A stretch of DNA of 64,000 bases from Ostrea edulis (lineage: Eukaryota): the NCBI RefSeq assembly GCF_947568905.1, contig NC_079164.1:110794001-110858000 (forward strand). Direction: 5' to 3'. The notes under the pieces were generated by a model. The model was not told the origin of the DNA. It searched no databases and worked only from the letters and a program-made list of their open reading frames with translations. Shown piece after piece: positions 26,515 through 38,850 of the stretch (its first letter is position 1; every line of letters starts with the position of its first letter). The position numbers were made by a program, and so were the translations under genes.

Positions 26515-26811
26515 ATACACCCCCTGCTGCCCCACAACTGATATCCGTTGGATCTACGTCAGTGGATGAAGGACAATCCATTACATTACGGTGTATCTTG
26601 TCTACGCTGGGTAACCCTCACATCACGTGGAGCTGGGTGTGTGGAGATGACACACTGACCACTGGAGTGACCAATACAGGGACCCAGTCAGTGCTGACAT
26701 TGACAGCCAATAGAAAGTACAACCAGAGAATCTGTCAGTGTAGAGCCACATTTCCTAGACCGTCATTGTCATATAACAGGACATCACCAACAAAGACTAT
26801 CACCGTGTACT
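26515..26811 (+). CDS. Ig domain exon C3 (triplicated exon, copy 3)
   Basis: ttaaatag acceptor, open 297-bp frame, T|gtaagt donor. 13 aa differences from C1. About 40 bp of upstream intron is conserved with C1. Confidence 0.88.
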
Positions 26812-27586
26812 GTAAGTAAATTCTAAGGTTTTAAACCAACATAAACTGTAACTGTACATAAATACGCAATTTCCGTGTTGCCCGATAGTTACTTCCTTTT
26901 GTGGTACTCTTACACACATTGAGACGCAAAACATACTTTCGTCCAATCGCTTTGGGTGCAAATTTTTATCGTCTTCATATATTGCCTAAGGGATGATTAT
27001 CAGACATCATGCAACCACCCAAACAGTAGGAACACACAATTTCAGTAAGATCATTTGATAAAAAAATAGCTCAAACAAAAACCGATAATCACCATCGTTC
27101 TTCGATTAAAGTATCACGTGTGCAGAAGAGGAAATAAAAAAAATAATTTCATAGTTAACTTTATGACCTAATTCAAACAAATATAATTATTGATATGGTC
27201 AGTTTAATGTATACCAACAGCTGATGTAAATAAAATTTACACTTTCATAACTTTTATCCTTATTTCACATAGCCTATGATATATTTATAAATCTTGTACC
27301 CACGCAAGCGTTCAACACAATACCGAACACACCTCCATAACATTAGAGCACATACACGTATATGTGAAGTTACGTATTTCAGATATCATTTACTTGGTGA
27401 CCATTATTCCGATACGGATGACGTCGCAAAAGGCACTTAAAGATGTGAGCAATTTGGTGACTGTGTTGTAAGTAAAAAAAAAATAATAATAGGCGCATTG
27501 TTTGACAAATCCCTTACCATAAAAAAACAATGTATCTCTATTTCCCGCTCAGCACATGTGAACATTCGTAGAATTGATTGTGTAAA

Positions 27587-27838
27587 CTGAAGATAACGAA
27601 CAGTGATCAATCTCATAACTCCTATAAGAAATACAAAATAAATAGTTGGACAAATACGAACCCCTGGACACACCAGAAGTGGGATCAGGTGCCTAGGAGG
27701 AGTAAACATCCCCTGTTGACTAGTCACACCCACCGTGAGTCATATATCATGATCAGGTAAACGGAGTTATCCGCAGTCAAAGTTAGTGTGCCAAGAACGG
27801 CTTAACAATCGGTATGAAACACGTCACACAGCATTTGA
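27587..27838 (-). mobile_element. Penelope-like element 3' end (inverted)
   Basis: Reverse complement of the 30360-30596 sequence. Confidence 0.8.
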
Positions 27839-27941
27839 CCCAAATGTAAACGTCCATTTATCAATGATGAAGCATGTACAGCTCTAGTAAACTCGTTAGT
27901 TACATCCAGATTAGATTACGGAAATGCATTGCTTTATAATG

Positions 27942-28620
27942 GTACCTTTACATTCACGGATTTTTCTTACGGATCCTTACGTATTCCTCAAATCCGTAAA
28001 AGTACACGGTTTGTTACGACTTAGACACGGATACCGACAAGTGATTTATGAATGCTTGCGATTGACTGCAAGTCGGAGAGAAAGAAAAATCCGTGAGTGT
28101 GAAGGTGGCATCAATCATAAAGTTTAAGTATGTACTTCGTAAAGTAATCGTGTCTATACGTAAAGCGCTCGTAAAGACTCTGAACAATCCGTAAAGCGAT
28201 TGTAACCCGACGTGAATGAAATCGTATCACTTAACCATTCGTAATAATACGTAAACAACTCGTAAACTATCCGTAACATATCGTAAACTAACCACAAAGA
28301 TACGTATAAAATAAACTTTTTACGAGTCTTTTACGGATTCTTACGAGCAGTTTACGTGTTCTTGCGACCAGTTTACGATACTTACGGATTGTTACAAGTT
28401 ATTTACGGGTTATTTACGGAAATTGAAATCCGTGGACAATCGTGAATGGGTTTTTTTTTTACGTGTCAAACAATGTGCCCCGACTTTCACGTATCCTTAC
28501 GGATGTGTGCGAGATGTGACGATGTATTAACGGATACTGACAAGTGGAATGCTTGCGATTGACTACGAATCAGAGATCCAAAAGGACTCGTAAGAAAAAT
28601 CCGTGTGTATGAAGGTGGTA
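27942..28620. mobile_element. TIR MITE with ACGGA/TCCGT-rich interior and a duplicated right end
   Basis: Left CCTTTACATTCACGGATTTTTCTTACG is inverted to right CGTAAGAAAAATCCGTGTGTATGAAGG. The right-end segment occurs twice (28030-28110, 28530-28620). Confidence 0.65.
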
Positions 28621-28649
28621 TTATGGTTTTCCTTCGTAACACACCAGCA

Positions 28650-29415
28650 AACTTCAGAGGGCACAAAACACAGTTGCAAGATTAATAACACGCTAAAAAA
28701 ATCCGACCATTTTACTCCTGTTCTAATATATCTTCACTGGCTCCCAGTTGAATACAGAATTCAATATAAGATACTTCTTCATACTTTCAAATCTCTCAAC
28801 AACCTATCTCCACTTTACATAAAGGATATCCTTACAATTTACAATCCCACACTATCACTAAGATCAGATTATCTGCATCGTCTCCGGATACATCAGACAC
28901 ATACGAAAACACATGGGGATCGACGTTTGGATAAGGCCACATCGAGTCTCTGAAACTCTCTACCTTTTAAACTCCGACGATGTACTTCACTGTCTAGTTT
29001 TAAAGCGGACCTTTGTAGATTAGGTTTTCATTTGGAATTTGTTTTCATACTTAGTGCTCTTACATTGTAGCTCTTGCAGTGCTGTTACAACCCCCCCCCC
29101 CAAAAAAAAAAACAACAACCTTAAGTTACTATTTGAACTGTAGTTTGATATTATACTTATGTCCTTTCTATGTATTTAATCAAATTTCTTAGGCTTGTTT
29201 TAAAATGTTTTATATATTATTAGAGTAATTATATCATTACATTAGGTACTATATATTGATATTAATAATTATGCATTTTAATTCTGATACCATGAATATT
29301 TATTTTCACATGTATGTGCACATCGATTTTATATTATCTTTTCTCTCACATTTGTAAAGCGCTTTAGAGAACTGATGTTGATAGGGTGCTATATAAATCT
29401 TTTAATTAAAATAAC
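28650..29415 (+). pseudogene. L2/CR1-group LINE 3' fragment
   Basis: KSDHFTPVLIYLHWLPVEYRIQYKILL...SPLYI...SLRS...GDR, then a broken (W)NSLP...FK motif, and a TGTAAAGCGCTTTAGAG...GTGCTATATAAAT tail. Confidence 0.85.
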
Positions 29416-29596
29416 AATAGTGGGTTCCAACGACCGGTCCAAAACCCATATGCCATCTCAGATCCGCGCGCAAATTGCACATCAATCCCAAAATTATGCA
29501 TGCGCAAAAAATTCTCAAGCAGGACGTTCAATAATAGACAAAACAATACAATACGTATTCATGCGTAGCAATCAACATATCAAAGTTTCAACCATG

Positions 29597-29728
29597 AAAG
29601 ATGAAGATAACGAACAGTGACCACGTCATAACTCCTATAAGCAAAACAAAATAGATAGTTGGGCAAACACGGACCCCTAGACACACCAGAGGTGGGATCA
29701 GGTGCCTAAGAGGAGTAAGCATCCCCTG
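29597..29728 (-). mobile_element. Penelope-like 3' end, inverted, head-to-head with the RT fragment at 29930
   Basis: Reverse complement of 30460-30596. Confidence 0.8.
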
Positions 29729-29929
29729 TCCTGTATCGAATATATTCTGTTTAAAGTATGTTCCTAAAACTGTAGGCAATACATCCATATCCCATGATGT
29801 CTTTTGTATAGAGTGGGTTACTCCGGGTAGGTAATCGAGTTCAAACAGGTATCTGTAATGGAGAGGATTCTAGAAAAAAAATGCTAATGTTCTTTTTTTA
29901 AATATCGACGATGCGGGCTACATTTATTC

Positions 29930-30596
29930 CCAGCTTTCATTCATATGTCGATTTGATATATCCCTGTGAGCTCGAAATAAAGGACACCACAGAGTCGTCC
30001 ACTTCTGCTTCATACTTAGATATTTTATTGAAAGTAGACATTAATGGCAAACTGACAACTCAACTGTATGACAAACGGGATGATTTCAGCTTCTCCATTG
30101 TCAACTTCCCATATTTATGTAGCAATATTCCATTATCACCTGCAAATGGTCTTTATATATCTCAACTGATTCAATATGCAAGAGCTTGTTCTGCGTATAG
30201 TCAGTTTTTAATTCGAGGTAAGCTACTGACAAACAAGTTGATGCTACAGGGGTTTCAACAGGTTCGATTGAAGTCAGCATTTCGCAAATTCTATGGTCGT
30301 TATTACGATCCAGTTCGTCAATACAACCTCGCATTGGGCCAAATGGTGTCTGACGTGTTTCATACCGATTGTTAAGCCGTTCTTGGCACACTGATTTTCA
30401 CTGCGGATAACTCCGTTTACCTGATCAGGATATGGGGCTCACGGCGGGTGTGACCGGTCGACAGGGGGTGCTTACTCCTCTTAGGCATCTGATCCCACCT
30501 TTGGTGTGTCCAGGGTCCGTGTTTGCCCAACTATCTATTTTGTATTTCTTATGGGAGTTATGAGATTGATCACTGTTCGTTATGTTCACCTTGCAT
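29930..30596 (+). mobile_element. 5'-truncated Penelope-like retroelement: RT C-terminal ORF plus 3' region
   Basis: FHSYVDLIYPCELEIKDTTES...SYLDILL...LYDKRDDFSFSIVNFP...ISQLIQYARAC is typical of PLE RT thumb regions. The ORF stops at 30375 with no downstream GIY-YIG, consistent with the Naiad/Chlamys permuted architecture (inference). Confidence 0.85.
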
Positions 30597-31539
30597 TTGA
30601 GAGTTTTTAATAGTATACAACCATAGCCTAAATGATTTAAATGTACCTCCTATCGTCCACATATATCCAGATCTGTTTCCTATGGGAATTTCAGCTAATG
30701 AGGAAAGCTTAAACTTCGAGTCTTTTATCCTTTGTGGGAATTTATGCGCAGTGTAACATTTAAACTATAAAGTGCAAATGTTAATGACTTGAATCATGTA
30801 AATTTTAACATGAAACTAGAAAAAATTATGTTCATAAATATATTGGAACCATCTCATAGAGCCATTTCACTTCATCCTTTAGACCTATGCTTACAACACA
30901 ATACAGGGTCACGATGCAAAAGCTACCACGACCGCTTGAGGGAGATAATCCTTAACTTTTTTTTATTTCTAATGCTTAATGTTGTTGTGAGTGGAATTCA
31001 AGAATGATAACAAAAGAATACTGATGTTACCTTCGAAATCCATGATTGTTATTTTTTTCTAAGACCCGACATAGGCATAAAAATCAAACATTACGAGTAC
31101 TATGACAATGATTTATTTGCGCAAGCACAATTATAATTACTGGCAAAGGCACATATTATACATCATACCATAGAAACAATAATATTCAAAATACAACCAG
31201 TGATTCGAATGCATGGATATGGCACCATACAAAATCATATGTTATATTACACTGAAGATAATGTGTGCACGAGATAAGGGGATCATAATAGGTGTATAGG
31301 AATAGTTTAATACATACATATAGGAATAGTCATAGGACTTTCTTATGATATATTATGTAGACATATTGGATTCAGTTGCTTTTAGGAAATTCCTTCAATA
31401 AATCATTCCAGTGGGTAAAGAAGTCTCATATAATTTATCCTTATTCTGTTATATCTAGGTGTCAATAAATCAACACATGCAAAAATGTTTATTAAAGTTG
31501 TGAACCGGAGTAAATGTTTCGTCAGTATGGCAAACTATG

Positions 31540-31849
31540 TGCAATGGTAACTTCTGACTAATTCGGAAACTTATCAGCTGGTATTAACGAATTATTGGTT
31601 TATTCAATGGATGGTTTGATTGTTAGGCCGTTCTTCGCATATTGATTTAACCTACAGATAACTCCGTTTACCCGATCAAAATATAGCGCTCAAGGCGGAT
31701 GTGACCAGTCGACAGGGGGATACTTACTCGTCATAAGCACCCGATCTCACCTCTGGTATATCAAGGGGTCCGTGTTTGCCCACCTCTTTATTTTGTATTG
31801 CTTATAGGAGTTATGAGATTGATCACTATTTGTTATCTTCATCTTTCAT
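31540..31849 (+). mobile_element. Penelope-like element 3' end
   Basis: GATAACTCCGTTTACCCGATC...GATCACTATTTGTTATCTTCATCTTTCAT. A shorter tip lies at 32487-32568. Confidence 0.75.
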
Positions 31850-34149
31850 GGTACAACTATGATCCCAGGAATAGTTGTTTTGTCATCAGGATGGGGCCAC
31901 ACAGCAATAAATATCAAAAATCATTTTCTCTAGTGCTGTTGATACTGAATTGAAACTTTACGGATAATTAGAAAGATCAGGTAATCCTTTACCAAAAATA
32001 TAAACTACACGATCCCAGGGTACAGGTTTGGTATCGGGGTTGGGACAAAATTGTCAATGGTTAGATGTGTTAACTAGTGAACATTTTAAGTTCTTGATAA
32101 TTACCATTCCATTTCTTTTCAAATTTGTCATGAACCATATTTGGGAAAGGGGGAGACAAACTGAAAAACTAAATGCATAGTGCTATAGAACAGGAAGCGT
32201 GTACTAAACTTGTAAATTTCGTGATATCCAAGCTAGTGGTTCTGAATCAAGGGCGGGACCAACCTTCGTATATAATTTATAGTGTAACACAGTGTATATG
32301 TGTACAGATCAAAATTATTTCTGTAATGCCATTAAGATGGTTTTGTATAGGTAGCAGGTTTTTGTTTGAAATCAAGAGATCAACATCCAGGAAAATGAAG
32401 AAAAGCTCAATATTTAAGGATTTACATATGAATTTTCAATACGGACACAACTGAAGTCATGTACCCCTACACAGATTTTATCAGTGTGTGTGTTTGCCCA
32501 ACTATCTATTTTGTATTGCTTATTTGAGTTATGAGATTGATGAACTGTTCATTATATTCACCTTTCATCAGTGTCGTCGGAAATACCTTTTCTGGTCATG
32601 TTAAAATGAATGACACAAATTAAAGTCTTTTAAATTCCATTTGTTTATCAGGAAACATGTCAATGATTTAGAATTTTAAAAAAAATCAACTTTCGGGAAA
32701 CAATTATGTACAGTTATTGAACAAGATATAACAGACACATATCAGGCATGATACGAACAATTTGAATCAATTCTATACCAGGAAGCGTTTACTTTAATAG
32801 CCACTACTATGGCCCGACGGTTCTTGTGAAGAAGATTTTGAAAGTTTTCCCTACAGCTGTATATATTCGACAGTAAAACTAATGTCCTACTGTGGCCCGA
32901 ACATAATGTGCCCGGATTTGGTTATTGGAAACCGGTAAGGGTGAAATTGAAGACTTCTTAATGTCATCAAGAAAAGTTTCTAGAGCTGACTAAGATAACA
33001 TTTACATGTACATTTCGTACATTTGAGTACTTATTTATAGTCAGATAAGGTATGGGCAACAGACATTTCCCTAAAATCACGGGACACCGCGGACGGAAAG
33101 TCCAAGCGTAGGCCTACATAATATTCCGCGCCTTTGAAGTTGCGGTTTCTTCTTCGGCCTTTGAATGTCCTCCGTGTTACACGCAGTATAAATTGTATTC
33201 TCTGAATATAGTGTACAGTACATTTTCTTGCAAAATAATATTATATTATCTAAACCATACAGATTTATTCTTCATGGACAATTTTAAATTGTTTGAATGA
33301 GGTGATTTCGTGTTCCATCTAAATTGTCAAATTCCTTGTAATAGGAGTAAGTCATATTGACATCAATTTCCGTTGGTTTTAGTGCGATATACATGATTTG
33401 TTTATTTGTTTGTTTATTTAATTAATATTTTCAATGATACATGCAACTCAAGTCTATGTGACACATATTTTATAACAATTGTTCCTTCGCCTCGTGAGAT
33501 TTTGGCATCTTTGAATTTGATATTGTACACATTACGCAAAGTGACGAGTTTGCTACAGCAAAAGAGATGTTGGGTGCGTGGACAGTTCAAATCAAAAGGG
33601 AATAAATCGGTCAACGATGTTAAAACAGTTACTTTGGACTTGCATTAAATTTCAAGTGGTTGCCACATATGGAGTTTCTTACCTTTTCATAAATATATTC
33701 ATAAAATTCCCCAAAGACTCATTTAAATTCAACCGATGGGAAATTCCACTCATTTATAAGAGTTGGTATACACATAATTTTTTTTTTATAGAATTGACGT
33801 TTAACATATAGGTATTTTGTAATTTATAGTGTGTATTGCGTTGTACTTTTAGGAGAAAAATGTTTTTAAAATAATTTGGAGTTTAATTCTTGTTTACTGA
33901 ATTTACAAGTTTTTCGCCTTATGTGAAGCGGTTCCTAACTTGTTTCCAAATAAATAAATTCCCTCGATGCTAAAAAATGTCATCATGTAACTTTATCCCA
34001 GTAATTAGTAGAATATATTACTAATATTGCAGATACGTTTTGATTTTTACATTCTCCCTGATCGAGGCAACTCTAGATATCTTTTTGGTAACTCCAACAT
34101 TATATTAGTTTGATAATTAGTGATTGAGAATTCCAAGACTTGGGAAAAA

Positions 34150-34300
34150 AATTGAATAACCCAATAGATGAAAGTAGTTTAAACACATGCAATTCTTCAA
34201 AACCATTCTCCAGTTTTAAGCACTTTTGGTACCCTAGTCGGTAGGTTGAATGAATATGAGTTACATTACCTATACTGGATTCCTAAACTACATAAAAACC
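34150..34300 (+). pseudogene. Penelope-like RT N-terminal fragment
   Basis: Frame reads ...GRLNEYELHYLYWIPKLHKNP; WIPKLHK is a conserved PLE RT motif. Confidence 0.7.
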
Positions 34301-34410
34301 CGGGTACCTATAAAGTGCGAAACGAAATCGAAACGAATCGAAATCTACCGAAACGAAACCCACTGAAACGAAACGAAACCTACCGAAACGAAGCAAAACA
34401 GATTGTATAA
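34301..34410 (+). repeat. CGAAA(C)-rich tandem tract, probable MITE end
   Basis: GGGTACCTATAAAGTGCGAAACGAAATCGAAACGAATCGAAA... Confidence 0.6.
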
Positions 34411-34582
34411 CCGAACTCTTTTATTTATAATAATCAAAAATGGTATTTTAGGCTACTGTGAAAGTCACCACATATAAATAAAATTCGCTTCCCCTTTGAT
34501 GTAGGCTTTCAGCTTGACTGATACAAAGTTTTAAAAGTTGAAAGGGGGTGAGTAAGCACAAAAAGTACATATCCGAAGTTGA

Positions 34583-35252
34583 TTAAATACCATGTGCAAT
34601 TAGTTTCAATTTCAGAACGGAGGGTTATTGTGTCAGAAGTCTGGGAAAACACACTAAATGAGGCATATATACTACATTATTTGAAGAAGCTGGTGTCTGA
34701 GAAAGTTGAAAGCAGAAAGAACTCTTAACCTCTTATTTCATCTCTAATTGCTGAGGTGCGAATACTTTCAATTATGGAAAAAATTAAATAGTGTACTATA
34801 TTAAGTGTAAATGCTATTCAGTGAGATATATATATATACATGTATTATTCAGAACTAATATTGACATGTAGTGATTCTAAAAATAACTCTTTACATTTGG
34901 GGTTGAAAACGGGACGGAAAACGGATTTTTTATGCAATAATATCAGTAGGAGGTCAGTATTTTGTAAAATCAAAAGGCTTATGAACAAGGGAAACATAAA
35001 TTGCAATGCGAACGGGAAGACATACCCAGAATCTACCGTTTGATATACTACATACAAAAACACAATATGCACATGCATACATAAATTTGTCTTTAGCAGA
35101 AAAATACTGAAACATGTAGTTATGCCCAGCGGCGGATCAAACGCCGGCGACCCCACCCTCGTTTAGTGTGTTCCCCAGACATCTGACGTGTTGGACTGTA
35201 ACCCTTTGTTTTGAAATTTATGCATCCGAAACTAATTGCACATGGTATTTAA
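34583..35252. mobile_element. TTAA-flanked TIR element (~660 bp)
   Basis: TTAA|ATACCATGTGCAATTAGTTTC ... GAAACTAATTGCACATGGTAT|TTAA. Inverted homology extends ~80 bp. Confidence 0.75.
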
Positions 35253-35279
35253 GGTTAGGGTTAGGGTTAGGCCTCATGC

Positions 35280-35410
35280 TTAGATGTTTTATTGAAACTA
35301 GATATCAAAGGTAAACAAGCAACTCAACTTTATGACAAACGGGGTGATTTCAGCTTCTTCACCGTCAACTTCCCACATTTATGTAGCAATATTCCATTAT
35401 CGCCTACATA
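35280..35410 (+). pseudogene. Penelope-like RT fragment
   Basis: DVLLKLDIKGKQATQLYDKRGDFSFFTVNFPHLCSNIPLSPTYGVY, paralogous to 30020-30150. Confidence 0.8.
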
Positions 35411-36660
35411 TGGAGTTTATATATAATAATGTCTCGTCAGTGATACTCAACCGAAATGTTTGAAATCTGAAATAACAATAAACTTGTAAGAGCTATTTTA
35501 TGGAAAAACAAAATGCCAAAAAATGGAGTCAATTTCGTCTAAGAATAAGAGCTATGTGCGAGGGAGATAATCCTTAATTTTGAAATTAATTTCTAAATTT
35601 TATCACAGCAATTAAATATACATCCGTATTTTCAAGTTAGTAACGAAGTACTTAGCTACTGGGCTGTAGAAACCCTTGGGAACTTACAGTCCACCAGCAA
35701 AGGCCTCGACCCAGGGGCCATAATGTAAAACTTATACGGTACCAATTTTGATGCACCAGATGTGCACTTCGACGAATAATGTCTCTTCAGTGATGCTCAA
35801 CCGAAATGTTTGAAATCCACACAGCTATTTTTCATTTCATAATTAGGGAATAAATAAGAATTTAAAGCAAGTTTGAAATAATCAGTTCATATTGATTGGG
35901 TAGTGTTTATTGCCGTAAGATTGGATTTGTTAGGATATATTGTTCATAGCAAGATAGCTCAAGGGCAGATCAAAGAATGCGCCGTGAGCCCGTGTCAAAC
36001 TATTTCTGCTCAACAAGAAAGATCAAACAGTGTGGTTCTGACATTTCATCTTCATGATCATGCGATCACTGTATATTCACGAATCCCCGTAGCATCAACT
36101 AATTTCATGAGTTGTAAATTGTCAAAATAAACCTTTATCTAAACATGTATGTATCATAATTTCCAGAAGTCATCAAGTTATTTCGTATTTTGTAATAATC
36201 AGGCGAACGATTCCAAAATCTGGAACAATGCTTGTTGAACATTTCTGAAGAAATGAGTTTGGATTTCGAAATGAAGATAATCTAACATAAAAGAATTGAC
36301 CCTCAACTCCATGATATTTAGTTCGAGAAAGCAAATGTTGTTAACAGATGCCGTTTAGAACACTATTATATACAGATTTCGTGCATGAATGCAGGTCAAA
36401 ATATTTATGTTTTCACAAGATGATCTAGCCCCATAAACTCCTTGATTATGCAATTTTTACATGCAGTTATTTTATTGATTCCATCAGTGTAAATCGTTAA
36501 ACAAGCAACCGGTATTCTGTCATATATTGCCTATCATGTAGCACAGATTATTGAAAATTACTGAATGTCAAAGAAAACTTTTAACATTAATATTTATTCG
36601 TGTTGCTTTCAGTGACACTCATTTCTGTTTAAATATTTAGAAATCTAAACTTCTTTTTAG

Positions 36661-36933
36661 ATAACAACGTCATAACATCAAACTTGAGTGCAGAATATGT
36701 CACCAGTGAACACGGACGACTTCAGATAAAATGTGATGTGGATGGAAACCCTTTATCTACCATCACCTGGCTGTTTGTGCAAAACAACACTGTTGTAAAG
36801 AGAGACTCTAGCGTAAGCAGTAGCGTACTGGATATATCGTCAGCAAATTGCCTAGATCACGGGAGTTACAGTGTTACAGCTGATAATGGAAAGGGTCCAG
36901 CTGCTGTGAGAACAACCCATGTAGCGGTGAGAT
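36661..36933 (+). CDS. Ig I-set domain exon D
   Basis: ctttttag acceptor. ...LQIKCDVDGNPLSTITW...CLDHGSYSVTADNGKG...VAVR. T|gtaggt donor. 273 bp, phase 1-1. Confidence 0.9.
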
Positions 36934-37259
36934 GTAGGTTTTCTTTCTGTTAAATCAATGCATGATTTGTTGGTGTCTTTTAGATTTAACAACCCATGTA
37001 GTGGTTAATGTAAGTCTCCTTGTTGTTAGGACCTAATCATGTCCATCCACACAGTCATATCGTTATCATTATCTTGATCAAATATATTGAGTCTATTTTT
37101 CTTTAGTGGTAATGACCAATAAAACGTTGTCTCAAGTAAGTATCATTATAATTGTATGTATACGTCAGTATACAAATATCTTGTAAAGAATACCAATAAG
37201 GATACAAACATTGAAACGAAAACATTCAATTTCTTATTGTATGCTTTTGTTTTGGAAAG

Positions 37260-37583
37260 GTAAACCTCGACTGTATAACATGGATTCCCAGACTCCAGAC
37301 AAACTTGGCATAGGAAATAATGAATCTCTTCAAATACTCGTGAGAATGCTATTGTATCCACAAGCAACTCTGACACAATGGACTTTCTTGGGGAAATATA
37401 ATGGGAGTAAAGTCATTCAGAATGATGCAAATGGCTACAGCATAACATATAGTAAGGACGAGAATAAACAAAACATCTCTCTATACAAAAGGAGTGTTAA
37501 AACAGAGGACTTTGGAGAGTACACCTTAATGGTTCTGAATGATGTTGGTACTTTCATCAGGATATATTATGTAGATGCAGCAA
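37260..37583 (+). CDS. Ig-like domain exon E
   Basis: ttttggaaag acceptor. (C)KPRL...YPQATLTQW...EDFGEYTLMVLNDVG...VDAA. A|gtgagt donor. 324 bp, phase 1-1. No downstream exon was found in the window. Confidence 0.85.
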
Positions 37584-37689
37584 GTGAGTTAGTTTTATTC
37601 ATATTTTTCAATCAAATATACTGAAGAAGAAGCCACAGTTCTTTGTGAATTTTAACCCCAAACTATAATTTGATTAATTAATTATATAT

Positions 37690-37920
37690 TGTTTAACGTC
37701 CCTCTCGAGAATTTTTCACTCGTATGGAGACGTCACAATTGAAGGTGAAGTGACGCAAAATGTAAATCTATGCTCGGTGCTTACGACCTTTGAGCAGCGA
37801 GGGATTTATATCGAGCCACAACTGCTGTGACACGGGACCTCGGTTTTTATGGTCTCATCCGACGGACCGCCCCATTCCGTGGCCTCTTACAACAAGCAAT
37901 AGGTACTGATGACCTACCTG
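37690..37920 (-). mobile_element. SINE 3' part
   Basis: TTGTTTAACGTCCCTCTCGAGAATTTTTCACTC.TATGGAGACGTCAC tail. A related tail fragment lies at ~3460-3500. Confidence 0.65.
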
Positions 37921-38109
37921 GGTTCTCACAACACTATCGAGGTAAAAAGTGTAAGAAAATAGAGTTTTCAGTTAACCCATCCTGAAAGCTTTTATTCAAA
38001 TCAGTTTTTCTTTGGAAGATTCATTCATAGCATATCTGTCCTCTACATGAGTGTTTTAATTGTCACAAATCTTCCTTGCTTCCGTAGCAGTGTGAAATCT
38101 CCATTGTCT

Positions 38110-38300
38110 CAACGCCTGTCTCGACACGGGACCTTTAGTTTTTGAGATAATATCGGAAAGACCAGTGATTTTCACGTCTAAATATCGAACGTTTGGTGAA
38201 TGCGCAATCACTACCCTACGTATTTTAATATCTTAGATGTGACGCAATCATGGCATGAGGGGTGCTCAAACTCATGACCTCCCGGTTACAAAGCGAACGC
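38110..38300 (-). mobile_element. tRNA-derived SINE 5' part
   Basis: TCGGAAAGACCAGTGATTTTCAC...ATCACTACC is shared with 7950-8010. Confidence 0.6.
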
Positions 38301-38850
38301 TATAATAATAATAATACAATATCTATATAGCACCCTTTTCATACACTATATACGCTTAAAGGTGCTTTACAATGTATATATACCTTACAAAAGAATGTTA
38401 TACACATAATACATAGAAAATAGATAAAACATTAAAAAGCAATGATATAAAATGCGTTATCACATGTAAACAGCCCGTAGTTGTACCTATCCTGATTGTA
38501 CATATAAAACAAGAAAACACAAGATACCATAAATATGCTAGATAAGAAAAAACATCAGTTTCAGGGCGTATTAAAATAATAATAATAATGAAATACACAC
38601 TCGCACACATAGCGTATAATGTCCCAGGTATAATACATGAAAACATTTTTTTAATAAAACATCATAAAATGGTACTCAAAAACTAAGACACACGGTCAAA
38701 ACAGATAATGCGATGAAACAGCAAACACGATTGACTGAAATTATAGAAACTAGTCCTGGAAAACTTGATGGAAAAATGTGTTTTCAGTGACTTCTTGAAC
38801 GCACACAGTGTTCTACAGTCCCTAAGAACTGAACTACCGCGAGTAGTCCG
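38300..38850 (-). pseudogene. L2/CR1-group LINE 3' end
   Basis: On -: ...VLRDCRTLCAFKKSLKTHFF and a TGTAAAGCACCTTTAAG...GGTGCTATATAGAT...(TAT)n tail. Confidence 0.7.

Noticed and set aside
33406-33811. Overlapping short ORFs, Cys/His-containing on -
   Set aside because: No recognisable domain, and stops lie in adjacent frames. It may be a decayed TE, but this cannot be supported.
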